The notes beneath the pieces were generated by a model that was not told the origin of the DNA, did no database searches, and saw nothing but the letters and a program-made list of their open reading frames with translations. A stretch of 64,000 bases of DNA from the human T2T-CHM13v2.0 reference genome, Homo sapiens, in the NCBI RefSeq assembly GCF_009914755.1, contig NC_060942.1. The stretch is one strand, 5' to 3'. How positions within the stretch are numbered: the first letter of the stretch is position 1; the number at the start of each line of letters is the position of its first letter. A program made the position numbers and the translations under genes. Positions 1 through 12,874 of the stretch are shown here, piece after piece.

Positions 1-2609
1 TGGGGATGACGAGTTTAGCAGGGGCTTTAATGGGACCTCCTAAGCGATTCAGGAGAGAATGAATCTCTCATAGTTTCCCTTCTCATGGGATCACTGACCA
101 AGCTTCCCCAAATCAGGGTGCAGCAACAAAATCAGGGTGCAGCATCTTTTAAGTGGGCTTAAGACCCACTTAAAAGCTTATCATAGCGAGATGTTGAGAA
201 GATAAAGTTTTAGTTTTTTATAGAGCAGAAAAGATATATGAGATGAGGAATAAAAGGTTCTGTCTAAAAGCCTGACATGTGTAAGACTTTCCCTCCACTG
301 TTGTTTTCCTTTTGGTTCGGTAAGAATGTGGTGAGTGAAGTAAAAAGATAAGGAGAGAAGAACCACAGAGACCCCCTTGAAGCGTAAAACTCTGTTTATT
401 AAGAGTGAGAATGTTCAGTGGCCTGTGACCCTCCCTTTCCTAGGCCACCTTCCCCAGTGCTTGGCTTTTCCCTGCCTGGCACCGGGTGATCCAGGCAAGG
501 CCCTGGCTGGGGTGCCGAGGGTGGGGGAGACAGCTCTGGGTCCTTCTGTGCCACTTCCTCCCTGTGCTGGTGTTTCAGCAGCAATCTGCCCCTCTGCGAT
601 GGCAGCCTGTCCACAGCTCTAGTGCCCATAGGCTTGGGGACCCCGTTCCTTCCCTTCATCTGACTCTTCAGGCCTAGAGTGGCGAGGGCTTCCCACTGTG
701 CTTGGCTCTGGGTACCTCGGCCTCTCTGGCTGTATTTTCTTAACCCTGCTCCCTGCTCTATAAACAGACCCTTCTCTAAATTCACCTCAACTCTCTTAAT
801 GGGATTCTCTTTCATGGGATTCTGACTGACAGAGTGCGGCTAAAAATATCTCAAACCTGATAGAAGCTGAGAGGAGCTGAAATTTCGAGTTGCAGAAACC
901 TGGATGCTTGCCACTATATAGAGGACAGCAAACCATTTATTATTTATACAATTTCAGGCAAATAGGCTCTAGAAATTCCAGGTACAAAAGATCTGAAGAG
1001 ATGACTAAACACTAACTAGGATTAGTTACATTAATCACGGACTTTTAAAATGACCAGAACCACCTGCTGCTAAATTATAAAGTCCAAAAAGACTTCAAGA
1101 ATTGTTCAAAACTAAATAATGTCAACTCTCTAGAATGATTTATTCAAATTTAAGTAGGCCAGACTCACAATTTGGAGCACAGCTCTTTAATACATATAGA
1201 TTCTAATTTTCTAAAAGAGAAATAGATTTGTTACTTGACTATTAGAAAATTCATTGTATATTTAAAAAGCGAGAGAACTTAGCTGTCTGCCTGTTCTGAG
1301 TCTGAGGTGTAAATGTTTACCTCATCATACATTAAGTATCTATAGATTATGCTCAATACTTTTTGCAAAATGTAGCATAAAGTCACTACTCATGCCCTTA
1401 AAATAGGCAACAACAATGTAATTTTAGAAAATGTTAATAAGTTTTCCTAGCTTTTGATTTTATTTTTTTTAGCTTTGGCCTTATCCTTTTTTTAGGTAGT
1501 GGCTGGCATTATGGATTAATTACTTAATACACTTTTGTTGCCTTAGAATTCACTGAGCTGAAATGGAGTGAGAGCTAAGATGCTCTCAGAATATTCTTAA
1601 AATGACTGTGCTGCAAAGAAGCCCGGGTGAATAGAAGAAAATAGAAGGAATGGTGGATACAAGTGAAGGTTAAAATGAGGTAGGAACTAAATATTATACT
1701 GGCACTTGGGGTTAGTATTTATGAATTGTTACTCTCTGGCAATGCTCTACTCTTTTGTATCTTCTTCGGGACAGAAAATTCCGTAAGAAAGACCTTTCCA
1801 GGAAGAGCTTGTCCCTAAGCTTATGGGCTCAGGGTTTGAACAAAGCGTCTCTTCCAAGACCTTGTGAATAATATGCATGTGGGCCACGTAACTTCACAAA
1901 GTAAAGTTAAACGAATGCATTCTTTTCTTGCTATTAGACCCCATTTATCGCACCAGCTGTTGGTGATTTCAGCGCACCTTTCCAAGCCTCTTGAGAGTTC
2001 TGCTCTAACCACACTGCCCCCTAGTGTTCTCTCGCTTTGGTGCAACGTGAGTAAAAAAAAAAAAACCACCAAGATTTACTTTCAATATATACACTGTATT
2101 CATCAGTGTTTTGCTATAGAGAACGTAAGATATCTTTCTGTAAATTATTTAGATATTTAATCTTATTTATTTATTTATCCCAATAAGATATTAAAGCATG
2201 CTAAGCTGGAATGATTTTTTTTCATAAATGGGTAAAAGCAAAAGTAAAAGTTTAGATACTATTAAATAATTCCTGATCTAATAAACGGAGACAAATTACC
2301 TAATATTTTTGAGCACCTATTATGTTAGACATGTAAGAAATACTGTATTACAAGTGAAGTCTAAGTAAGCCTAATTCAATACTTAACTTTTAAAGTTAGA
2401 AACATTTTAAATATATTTATTAATTTGATCTCGAATTTGGGGAAAACAGTAAAGATGGAAGAGAGAAAAGGGAGAATTTTTAAATTTTACATATCTAAGT
2501 GGCTTTGTATTATGTTTTAATTGAAAAATATTTTAAACAAGTCAATTCTGATAAGATGTAGAAATTCTACTTGCAGCTTTAGGACAAAGTGAATTAAAAA
2601 CAAAGGCTT

Positions 2610-3000
2610 TCTACTTGAAATGTGGCCAGTGTGACTGAGAAATGGAGTTTCTAAATTTTCATTTCATTTTAATTAATTTCACTGATTTAAATTTTAAAAC
2701 TGATTGATACTCAATTCAGTCACTGAAAACTTTTACGTATGCTTGTAACAACTTAGGTATCTGAATCTATTTTTTTCAAATGTAAATTTTAAGATATCTA
2801 TTTAGATTAAATATTCCTAATAAAAATATAGCATTTGAATTGCATAGGCTATAAGTGAAAAATGTACAGCACATTTCAAATGTTTAGTACAAAGCCAAAA
2901 GAATGTAATATTTCTCATTAATAATTGTTATATTTAGTACATGTTGAAATTTATATTTAGATATGTCAAACAAAATATATTATTAAAATTAATTATATTG
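2610..3000. mobile_element. hAT-Charlie DNA transposon remnant (MER3/Charlie1-like)
   Basis: ACTTGAAATGTGGCCAGTGTGACTGAG and the AT-rich body resemble the MER3/Charlie1 consensus; boundaries approximate. Confidence 0.55.
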
Positions 3001-3498
3001 GTAAAAAAGGCTAATAGTATAGAAATCATAACTATGTATTCCTCTATCTGAATAAACTGAGAGAATCAAGTTTTCAGATTATTAAAGATTGAAAAATTGA
3101 AAATATATCTGTTTTCCATGGTGCAGTTCACATACCACTGGTGATAAATTACTTTAGCCAATGCAAATGTATAGGCTTTTTATTGTTATGCATTATTTGA
3201 GCAATAGTGAAAATGAAACTGAGATATCAAATCTATGATTTTGCAGATATTGATGTTTAGGACTACACTACACATTAATTACAGTGCTCATGTTTATAAA
3301 TTTTTAGTAACTTTGACTCCACCATTAAATTGGATTAGAAATATAAGTTGCAGAGTTTTCTAAAGCCTGAGTTTTACTGTTTCTATCCTTCTGGTGTCAC
3401 TTAACATGTTCCTCTGTCCAGTGTATTTCCTGTAAGGTGTCATTTAACATGTTCCTCTGTCCAGTGTATTTCCTGTAAGTTGTAGTTAGAATTAAGAA

Positions 3499-3840
3499 CA
3501 GCACCATACAATAGAAATATAAGCCACAAATATAATTTAAAATTTTAAAATACACATTTAAAAAAAGAAAACATTAAAATTAAAATTAATTTTAATAATA
3601 TAATTTTATTTAACCCAATATGTCACAAATATTATGTATGTAGTCATACATACATATTAAATTTTAAAATTTAAGTCAATATTAAAGTCAATATTAAAAA
3701 TTATTGAGATAGTTTACATCTTTTTTTCATATTAAGTTTTTGCTATCTGGTGTGTATTTTACGTGTACAGAACATCTCAATTTGGCCTATCCACATTTCA
3801 AATGCTCAGTAGCCACATGGGATTAGTACTGAATACAGTA
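3499..3840. mobile_element. MER33 (hAT-Charlie MITE)
   Basis: CAATAGAAATATAAGCCACA ... CCACATTTCAAATGCTCAGTAGCCACATG. Confidence 0.7.
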
Positions 3841-3849
3841 GACCCAGGG

Positions 3850-5150
3850 ACATCATCAGACTGAGGTTCAATTTTTGGCCAAAATACCCCACAGGTGGTG
3901 GTGTGTACCTCCATACAGAAGCATATGTCTGGTGGCTTTTTTGTGATGTTGGCAGTCATTGATTACCATTGTCTACACCCAATAATTCATTAAAGGTTGC
4001 AAAATGGCAATACTCAAATTTTAAAATTCCTTCTTCATTTATTAGATGGAGTACTTTTATCAAGAGAAACATCTCATCAACTGCTTGGTTACTTGGAATA
4101 ATATGTATAGGGAAGTTAGAACAAATGTTTGATCTCTTCCTTTTATTTGCCAGTTTTTAAAATAATGATTTTGGTTTCCTTGCATTTTCCAAGGATGATC
4201 AATAATATTTTATTTTAACAGTATTATTAGGAATTCGTGAATGTTAATATTTGATGTGCCTCAGTTCATTGCAGAGTTAACTTAATTGCAGAGTTCTGAT
4301 ATCACCAAAGCCGTTTACGATATTCCAGGTCCGTCTTGTACACTTCCTTCCACAGACCTCTCTAATCAGCTATTTCTTCAGGGAGCCTTTGATTCCTTTT
4401 AGTGGAAAATGGTATGTAGAGAACATTATCTGTGTGTGAAGGGTTGAGCACGTTCCATCTTTTCAGAGAACAAAGCTAGAAAACATGTATTTTAATAAAA
4501 TAATATTCATCATGAATTCATGATGTTTCCTATTCAAATTCAAGTAGAGGACTTTTTTCACAGTGTCCTTTTCCCTGTCAAATTTCAAATTTTATTGACA
4601 TGAATATAATTATTCATTTGCTGTATTCATAATACACATGTGCAACAGTCTCGAATAAATAGAAGACTACCACCAGCAAAATGATTACAAAAATCAGCTT
4701 AAGATACTTTGCAGTTGTTTTTGTCATTATGATAACATTCCGCTAAAACAGGCAAATTATTGTGTTTTACGGTCACTTGGGAATAGTCCCTTTGGTGCTG
4801 TTCTGCCACCTACTGGACAGACAGGCTAAATAGGCTTATTTTACTTTTGATATTCAGGAATCACTTTATTTTAAATTGAATTTTGCTTTGTAATAATGCA
4901 AAGTTTTACATGACTCTAGAGTCAAATTTACAAAACAAGTCTAGTTTTTCTCCCTGTCTCCTCAATCTTATTTCCTTCCTCTACCTTTAAATATTTTATT
5001 TTTAAATGCTGTGATTTATATGTCCATTAGTATATATTTGTATATAATTTGTATACAAATTATACAAAATTGATATATATTTGTATTTTTTATCCCGTCT
5101 CCTTTATTAGATAATTGGTAGCATACTATACAGACTTTTCTCCACCTGAA
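3850..5150 (-). mobile_element. old L1 3' region (L1MC-like), degraded
   Basis: GGTTGCAAAATGGCAATACTC...TTCCTTCTTCATTTATTAG resembles L1MC 3' UTR; boundaries approximate. Confidence 0.5.
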
Positions 5151-5681
5151 AGAAACATATATATTATTATTAAAAGTTTATATGTATATAACCTGGAGTG
5201 TTGGGTTTTGCTTTGTTAGGTAATCTGGAAATCTTTTTATAAATGTAAATTTAATCAGTAAATTTATTTTTAGGATCCAAATGCTTGGCATCACTTTTGT
5301 CATATTTGTTACATGTATTTCTGTCCATACAAGCATGCAAACATCGTCACATCTATATACCCGTGACTACCTCTATCTTTATTGCCTTACATTTCTACTC
5401 TTTTCCTATGTGGTCAATATCAAGGCTGCTCCATGAACTGTTTGCTACCAAGCTATGATGACTTGTGAATAGAAAGTAACAACAAAACAACAACAACAAA
5501 ACACATTTAGAAACATTTAAAGTAATTTGATATTGCCACTAAATTCAAGCATATGATTTTGTATATTTCAAGTGTCGCTTACAAATTATTGGGGGGAAAA
5601 AGTGGCCCTTCACTACAGAGTCTGAGAAGCACTTGCCTACATTATTTGCTTGTGCGCATGTGTTCTCTCTCTCTCATTATC

Positions 5682-5989
5682 TTTTTGTTTTGTGTTTTCT
5701 TTCTGAGACAGGGTCTCGCTCTGTCATCTAGGCTAAAGTGCAGTGGCGCCATCATAGCTCATTGCAACCTCAAACTTCTGGACTCAAGGGATTGTCCTGC
5801 CTCAGCCTCCTAAACAGCTGAGACTACAGGCACATGCCACTGTGCCTGGCTAATTTAAAAATGTTTTTGTAGGGAATAGGGTTCTCACTTTGTTGCCCAG
5901 GCTGGTCTTGAACTCCTGAGCTCAAGCAATCCTCCCACCTCGGCCTCCCACAGGGCTGGGATTACAAGTGTGAACCACTGCACCCAGCC
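5682..5989 (-). mobile_element. AluJ
   Basis: Antisense dimeric Alu with J-type features (GAGCTCAAGCAATCCTCC); flanking TCTTTTTGT repeat. Confidence 0.93.
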
Positions 5990-6399
5990 TCTTTTTGTAT
6001 TTAGAAATGTTTGTGCTATTTTGTTCTGAGCCCTTTTTATTAACATCTTCATATTATCTATAATTTTATTAATATCTGTAAATAATACCTTTAGTCCCAT
6101 TTTTACTTTTCTCCCCATCCTACTATGAATAAAATTGAAATTAGCTAATAACCCCTTCTTCACTTTCTCCCCTGTTCCCTGGCATCTATTTTCAATGGAT
6201 ATGTTTTTATTCTCCATTGATATCCTTGAGGCAATCACAGAGCTTATTCTACTTTTTATATTCTCTTTCCAGTTTATGCCCCTCCTCATTTTTTGACAGT
6301 TAATTGTATATAGAGCAAATGGCCATCACATTTTGTACTCTCTCCCTTGTAAACTACAGGCATTATGAGTTATACAAAAAAATGTCTACTTAATGCTCA

Positions 6400-7400
6400 C
6401 CGCCAGTTCTATTGTCGATGATTCTCTAGTCATATTGGTTTTCCGAGGCTTGGTCTCCATAAATTCCCCAGGAAAGGCTCATAGGAACATTACTCCCTGA
6501 GTTGTTGTGTGTTTATTAAGAATTGTGACCATGGTATTTAAAGATCAATGTTGCTGGTTATAAAATCTTTAGCTCACATCTGCTTTCCTTAATATTTCTG
6601 AAATATTTTATACCATTGTCTTCTGGCACAAAGCATTGCTGTCAAAAAGTCTGATGACAATCTGATTTTCCTTCTCTTATAAGGGATATTGACTTTTTAA
6701 CTAGTGCCAAAAAAACCTTTTTTCTTTTTATTTAAAGGTCAATAGTTTTAGTAGACTGTTTATATGTAGTGCATTCTGGGCCAGTTTTACCAGGTACGTC
6801 CTTTCAAATGTTGGGCAAGTGTATTTTTATGTCAGAAAAGCAGTCTTTGAATTATAATTGATAATATTTGTTCTTTCATTACATTGATTTTCTTTTTTAG
6901 GAACTTCTATTATATGTTCATTTGTTCTCCTATTCCTATTTTCTATGCCATTTTCATATGTATGTTTTAAATCTTTTTATTTTAAAAATATTCATTCTTT
7001 TCTATTTTTCTTAAGGAACTTTCTGCAGTGTTCATTCACTATTTTATTTCTTCTAGTGTAGTCTAAAATTTTGGAATAAGTTTTTTCTTCAACTCTTAAT
7101 ATTTTTCTATTTCTATAAACTCCTTTTGAAGTCTTTGTTTTTTCAAATTAGCTTCTTTTTGAGTTCTTAAAATTCTGGGTTATGCTGTTCTTTAAAAGCT
7201 GCTATCTTTTTTTTCAGCTTAGTTAAAATATTAGGCTAAATTTTCTTCTGTTTTGTTTGCAAATCTTTCTGGCATGCTTTTATTGTCTGCGGAGACATTA
7301 CATTCCTCAAATCATTTTTCTTTATGGTAGATTCGATGGCCATTTTTTTCTTTATTAATGTTTAAGTGAGATGAGTTTTCTTGTACTCTTAGGAGAGTGA
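6400..7400 (-). mobile_element. ancient L1M/HAL1 ORF1-region remnant
   Basis: CCATTGTCTTCTGGCAC...AAAAGTCTGATGACAATCTGATT, T-rich antisense L1-like sequence. Confidence 0.5.
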
Positions 7401-8195
7401 ACCAGGATAGCTTCCTAGCTCTAGAGATTTAGAGCTGCCTTTTCTGTTATTTTTGGATGTGTTTACAAGTATGTATCTGCTATCTGTTGGCTCTTTGCTC
7501 TTCCCTCCACTTGCATCTGCATCTTCTTTCTTTTGCCTCCTTTGCTCCTATCATCTATTTCCTGCTCAATTTGGATTCTATTCCAGTAGTTTCTCCTCAA
7601 TGTGGGGTTTTGCTGTGGAGGAGATGGCTATTAAGGGTCCCTTTAGGGTCCATGGGGCACAGGCTCCTCCAGCACAAGCTGGTTCTCTTGGGTTCACCCA
7701 CAAGTTGGAGGCGGCAGGACTCTAGGGGTTTCAGTTGCCCTTCCCAGAGTGGCCCACCAAGCCTTACAGTGGATACTTGTGAACTGTTTTTGTTTCTCTG
7801 CCTCTTGGGGCCATCAGAAGTCCCTTTGTCCTCTTTTTATTTCCTCTGATGTGTTGAAGACACTGTACAGGTCTTAATCTCACCAGTAGTTTATTACAAC
7901 CCACACATATTTGGAGGTTTATAGGGATGTGTTTTCCCGCTGCTTTATTGGAGATGTTGTCTGGGAGGTCTTGCTTTTGCTATCTTAGTTGCTCTGTTTC
8001 CATGGGGTGATTTGGAGAGGTGGAAAAATTATGCCACCTTGCCACCACTTTCCTAATTACTTTAAGCAACCAAACTTTCAGCAACGAAACTTTTAAATTA
8101 CTTTAAGCAACCAAACTTTTAGTCTATTTCTGTTGTACTTTGTTAGTAAGCATCTACCTGCCTGTCTATGTTAACAGGTTTTCTGATGCACTATA

Positions 8196-8695
8196 CAGTT
8201 GACCTTTGAAGAACACAGGTTTGAACGGCACAGGTCCATTTACATGCAGATTTTCTTCTGCCTCTCCCCGGCTGCTGCCACCCCGAGACAGCAAGACCAG
8301 ACCCATCTCTTCTCCCTCTCCCCGGCTGCTGCCACCCCGAGACAGCAAGACCAGACCCATCTCTTCTCCCTCATCAGCCTACTCAACGTGAGGATATGGA
8401 TAAAGACCTTTATGATGACCCACTCCACTTCCAGTTAATGAAATATATCTTCTCTTGCTTATGATTTTCTTAATAACACTTTTTTTCCTCTAGCTTACTT
8501 TATGGTAAGAATACAATATGTAATACATATTACATATAACATACAACATATGTATTCAATGACGATGTTATCAGTAAGGCTTCCAGTCAATAGTAGATTA
8601 TTAGTAGTTTCGTTTCTGGAGAGTCAAAAATTAAACAGAATTGTGACCCTTTGGGGCTGGTTCCCCTAATCGCCACATTATTCCGGGGTCAACTA
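8196..8695 (+). mobile_element. Tigger2a/MER28 (TcMar-Tigger) carrying an internal 54-bp duplication
   Basis: TA|CAGTTGACCTTTGAA ... GGGGTCAACT terminal inverted repeats. Confidence 0.85.
8261..8372. repeat. perfect 2 x 54-bp tandem duplication
   Basis: CCTCTCCCCGGCTG...CATCTCTTCTC starts at 8261 and 8315; 18-aa repeat in the ORF track. Confidence 0.97.
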
Positions 8696-10509
8696 TTGTT
8701 TAATCAGCATGGTCATATTGACGTCCATGCATGTTGTTAATACTTGAGCCCTCAACAGAGAATATGTGCACAGTTCAGGGATCTATTGATGTCTTTCTAC
8801 ACTGCCAGGTCTCTATCTCTCTCTCCCCTTCCCGGTCTGTGAAAAGTCTCTGCGTGTCTCTTTGTTGCCACTATCTTGAGTGTTCTGGATGCTGATACAA
8901 GGCCAGTTGAAGGTGGATTGTCCATCTGAAGTGCTCCTGTGTGATTACTAGGCTACAGGACAGTCACAAACATCTCTCCTTCCTTTCCTCCCCTAAGAAG
9001 CTTTGAGCCCTGATTCTTCACCAGGGTGGTAGAGGATAAGTCTTAGAGAACCATGACCCCTCGTGGGAACATATTAAAATGAGGGGGGAATATACTGGGA
9101 GGAAACAATAGTTTGATAAAAGCTTCCCAGTTGGTTCTAACAGGCCTCCTCCGGGTTGTAGTTGGATCCTCTGCTCTTGGTAGAGACAGGGAAGGTGCCA
9201 TGGAATTGGCCATGGGTCCAGATCACCTGGACATCCTCAGGCACAGGACTGGGAAGTGACTGACTGAGATTTAAGGGATAGGAGAAAAGAGAGAAAAGAA
9301 GGCAGGAGCCCAAGGATGTAATTTCTTTTTGGACCCATCTTCTTTTTCAGGTGCTTAATATCATTGTTTTTTTTTTTTTTTTTTTGGAAGTTAACAGATT
9401 TATCTTGAAAGCATTTGTTGTTATTCCTGCTTAAAGTCTAGCTAAGAAATTCTTTCAACTCTAAACAGAAAACAAAGTATTTCATTTTACAGGTAGAGAT
9501 AAAAGGTATTGAATGGGAAAGTTTGAAAGAGGTGGCATTTGGGGTGAAAGTGTCTCCATCAAAGAAAAACTGATGACATCAGATCTGTGGCTGTTTTAAT
9601 AGAGGGAGAGAATACAGGAAGGCAGAGGGGCTGGGAAGGGAGATGTAAGAGATAGGGAGCAGCAAGTGGATGCTGGAAATGACCATAAACTGCTAATTTC
9701 ATAAGTGTATTTATCTTCACTTGTGCACAGAAAAATAAAGGCGCTGTGTGCGTGTATTAATGCTCTATATGAATGCCAGGACTGGTGCAGCCTCAGGCTC
9801 TAAGGAAGGAAGATGGTCAGGTATTTGGTAAGATGATTTGAAGACAGAGAAGTGTCAAAGAACTGATGGTCTGACTTGAGTCCTGGTGTATGATGTAAGA
9901 GCTTAACAGACTATAATATTCAGGATAATTTCTGAGGAACCCACAGAAGCTACAGTGTCCAGGGCACGTTAGTAACTGAGGGTCATATAATTAAACAAAT
10001 AATTGTTATAGATGGTTCATTTGTAAGTTAGTAGACATTTCTGCTATAAGCAAAAATGTTGTCGTTTTGACTTCAGAGAAATAGACAACTTTATATTTCT
10101 GAGGCACTTATGTTTTCTCTATTGTGGATGATGTATCTTCCATTACTAATGAAGGATCATAGGAATTGAGGTAATTGAAACACATTTCTCCTCTCTATGG
10201 TATTAATATTTTTCCCAGTGATTGTTTTTCTTTTCCTGTTTCCTGGATATGACAGAGCACATGATATAAGTACCTAATCACTCGGGGAACAGCTACCCCC
10301 GAGGCCCTCTGCCTTCCTCCTGCTCTCCGGGGAGTCCCTTCTTCCCCCTTCCCTTCCGAATTAACCTGTTCTTTACCGGGATGTTAACATCATTCAGCCG
10401 CTTTCCCCATTCAAGGTTAGTGTTCCATTTTTAGCCCTGAAATACACATGAATTAGATTACTAGACTATTCACTGATCAATAATGTGAAAAAAACAAAAA
10501 AGAAAAACT

Positions 10510-10643
10510 ATGAGTCAGAAGAGGAAAAATAGTGACTCATCAGACAGAGGGCGTCTCTATTCTATTAATTTCAACTGCACAGTCTATAATAACCAGTGTG
10601 TGAGAGTTTCAGCCTTCATCCAAATAACGTATGTGAAACCACA
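10510..10643. promoter_or_regulatory. candidate enhancer (2 x AP-1, GGAAAA, RUNX motifs)
   Basis: TGAGTCA at 10511, GGAAAA at 10523, TGACTCA at 10533, AACCACA at 10637; motif evidence only. Confidence 0.4.
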
Positions 10644-10834
10644 AAGGAATTCAAGCTGCAGACAACAAGGCACATTTAAGAGGTTACAATGTTAGTGTTG
10701 AGCTTGGGGACATAGAATAGAGCATTGATTTCTGATAAATTATTGTGTGCATTGACATTTTCGGCACAGGCATTTCTTTCTATATTATGGTTCCATAAAA
10801 AAGTCAGTTTGGGTCCATTAATTGCCTCAGAGGG

Positions 10835-10838
<4 letters not shown>

Positions 10839-10870
<32 letters not shown>

Positions 10871-10880
10871 ACGCGTGTGT
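10839..10880. repeat. (TG)n microsatellite
   Basis: direct reading. Confidence 0.97.
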
Positions 10881-12575
10881 TAGGTGGAAAGGTGGAATGT
10901 GCTGGATTCGGGAGGCGTAGTGGGATGTTGGCCTTTTACTTTGAAATTTAGATGTACATGCCTAATAACGTTAGCCTTTTATATTTTAATTTAGGATATC
11001 TGGGCTCCATTCTTCCCTTACTGCTTCCCAACCATGACTTACTGTTCTTAGCGCCGTTGTCATTCAATCAGGAATTCTCTCGAGCAGACCCTCTAGTGGC
11101 ATTCAGTGGATCCCAGAAGAGATTTAGCCTGTTGGGAGCATAATGCATGTTTTAGTCTCCTGGTCACATACAAATGAAATAGGAGGGGGTGACAAAATAT
11201 AGGAATTTAGGAGCGCCCTATGACTTGACCTTCTTTTGCACATTAGACAGACTTCTCAGATGTTTGAATCTTCAAATTATTATGTCTAATTACTTAAACT
11301 GAAAAGGTCTAAGACTGAATTCACTTTTTTCCTCTAAACATCTTTCCTTCTGAATTTCTTTGTTGTGTTTTGGTGATACTCTATTCCCCAGCTGCCCAGT
11401 TTTCCTAATTTTTAAAATATATTTACCCAGTTCAATTATTTATTCAACAAGTATCTATTCTGTTGGCATGTTGTGTGAGTCACGTACTGGGTACTCTGGG
11501 ATGGAGAGATAGGTTAGTGCCCACCCTCGGGAGTTCACAATTTAGCAGGTCCCTTTCTGCATCCTCTCCCTCCTGTCAAGTGCACCTGTGTCTTTAGTTT
11601 CTTCCTTCCCATCCCTATTGCAGCTGCTCTGATAGGAGCCTTCTCCATCACACCTGGCCCACAGCAATCAAGTGCTCCATAGTCTCAGGGAGCCTAAAAG
11701 CTACAGCTTCAAAATCCAGTTTCTCACTCTCTAACCTCTTCCAGTAGTTCTCAACCTTGGTTCTGCATCAAATGTATTGGTAATTTTTTTTTATCTGTCT
11801 GTTTTTGACACGGATGCCTAGGAACCCTTTTGTAGAGGGCTTGGTTCATATGTAATCTCTAAATGGTGATTTCCTTGGGCTTCCAGACAAGAGACAGTTG
11901 TTCACTCCTCTGTGTGTCTAGTTCTTTGTACTTCACTTTTACTGATTACATTGGTATTCCTGTGCCACTCAGTCCATTTCACTAGACCATGACAACACTG
12001 AGGCCAAGAAATGCTACTCAGCTTTCTGTAAGTATTAGTTCCTTTTACCCCATCTTTAATGCCTAATGATGGACAGTAAGTTCTTGCCACATCTTCATTT
12101 TATGAAGTATTCTTCTCTTGCCATTTTGATTACAGGGAAAATAGCAACTATGGGAGACTAGCAAAGCCCCTGCATCCTGTTTGTCTTCTAGGGCCAGAGC
12201 AGGGCTAAACTGTGTTTGAAAGAACAGAAAATGAGTTGTTCCAATTTTCTCTTAGAAAAAGTCCAAGAAGCACTTGAAATTCCAGCATTCTCTTCTCTCC
12301 ATGGGAAGCACCATTTCATTTCTCATTTCTTCATTAATACTCTCTTTTCCTTGTCCCCAAGAAAACTACCACTCTGTTCTCACCAACGAGTATAAAGTTG
12401 TTTGTTTCTTGATAAGAACAGAGGTCACTCTAAGAGTGCTCCAGCTGTTGAATTTTTGCAGTCACAGTTGGAGGAGGGTTAATCATAGTTATCGCAAGCA
12501 GCCTAACTTATCAACCCTTTTGAGTTATGTGTCCCTGGGAAAATTAGTGCCTCTGTTCCCCACCCAACCCCTGGC

Positions 12576-12874
12576 TTTTTTTTTTTTTTTGAGACAGGGT
12601 ATTGCTCTGTCGCCCAGGCTGGAGTGCAGTGGCACGATCACAGCTCACTGCATCCTTGACCCCCAGTGTTCAAGTGATCCTTCTACCTCACCCTCTCAAA
12701 TAGCTGAGACTACAGGGACCTACCACCATACCTGGCTAATTTAAAAAATTTTTCTGTAGATACAAGTTCTCACTCTGTTCCCCAGGCTGATGCTGCACTC
12801 CTGGCCTCAAGTTATCCTCCTACCTCGGCCTACTAAAGTGCTGGGATTACAGGTGTGAGCCACTGCACCCAGAC
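12576..12874 (-). mobile_element. AluJ
   Basis: poly-T followed by GAGACAGGGT..., ends GAGCCACTGCACCCAG. Confidence 0.93.

Noticed and set aside
377-815. GC-richer patch as a promoter or CpG island
   Set aside because: It has few CpGs and no clear core promoter. It may be an old repeat remnant that I cannot assign.
8166-8438. ORFs with an 18-aa internal repeat
   Set aside because: They result from the 54-bp duplication inside a Tigger element.
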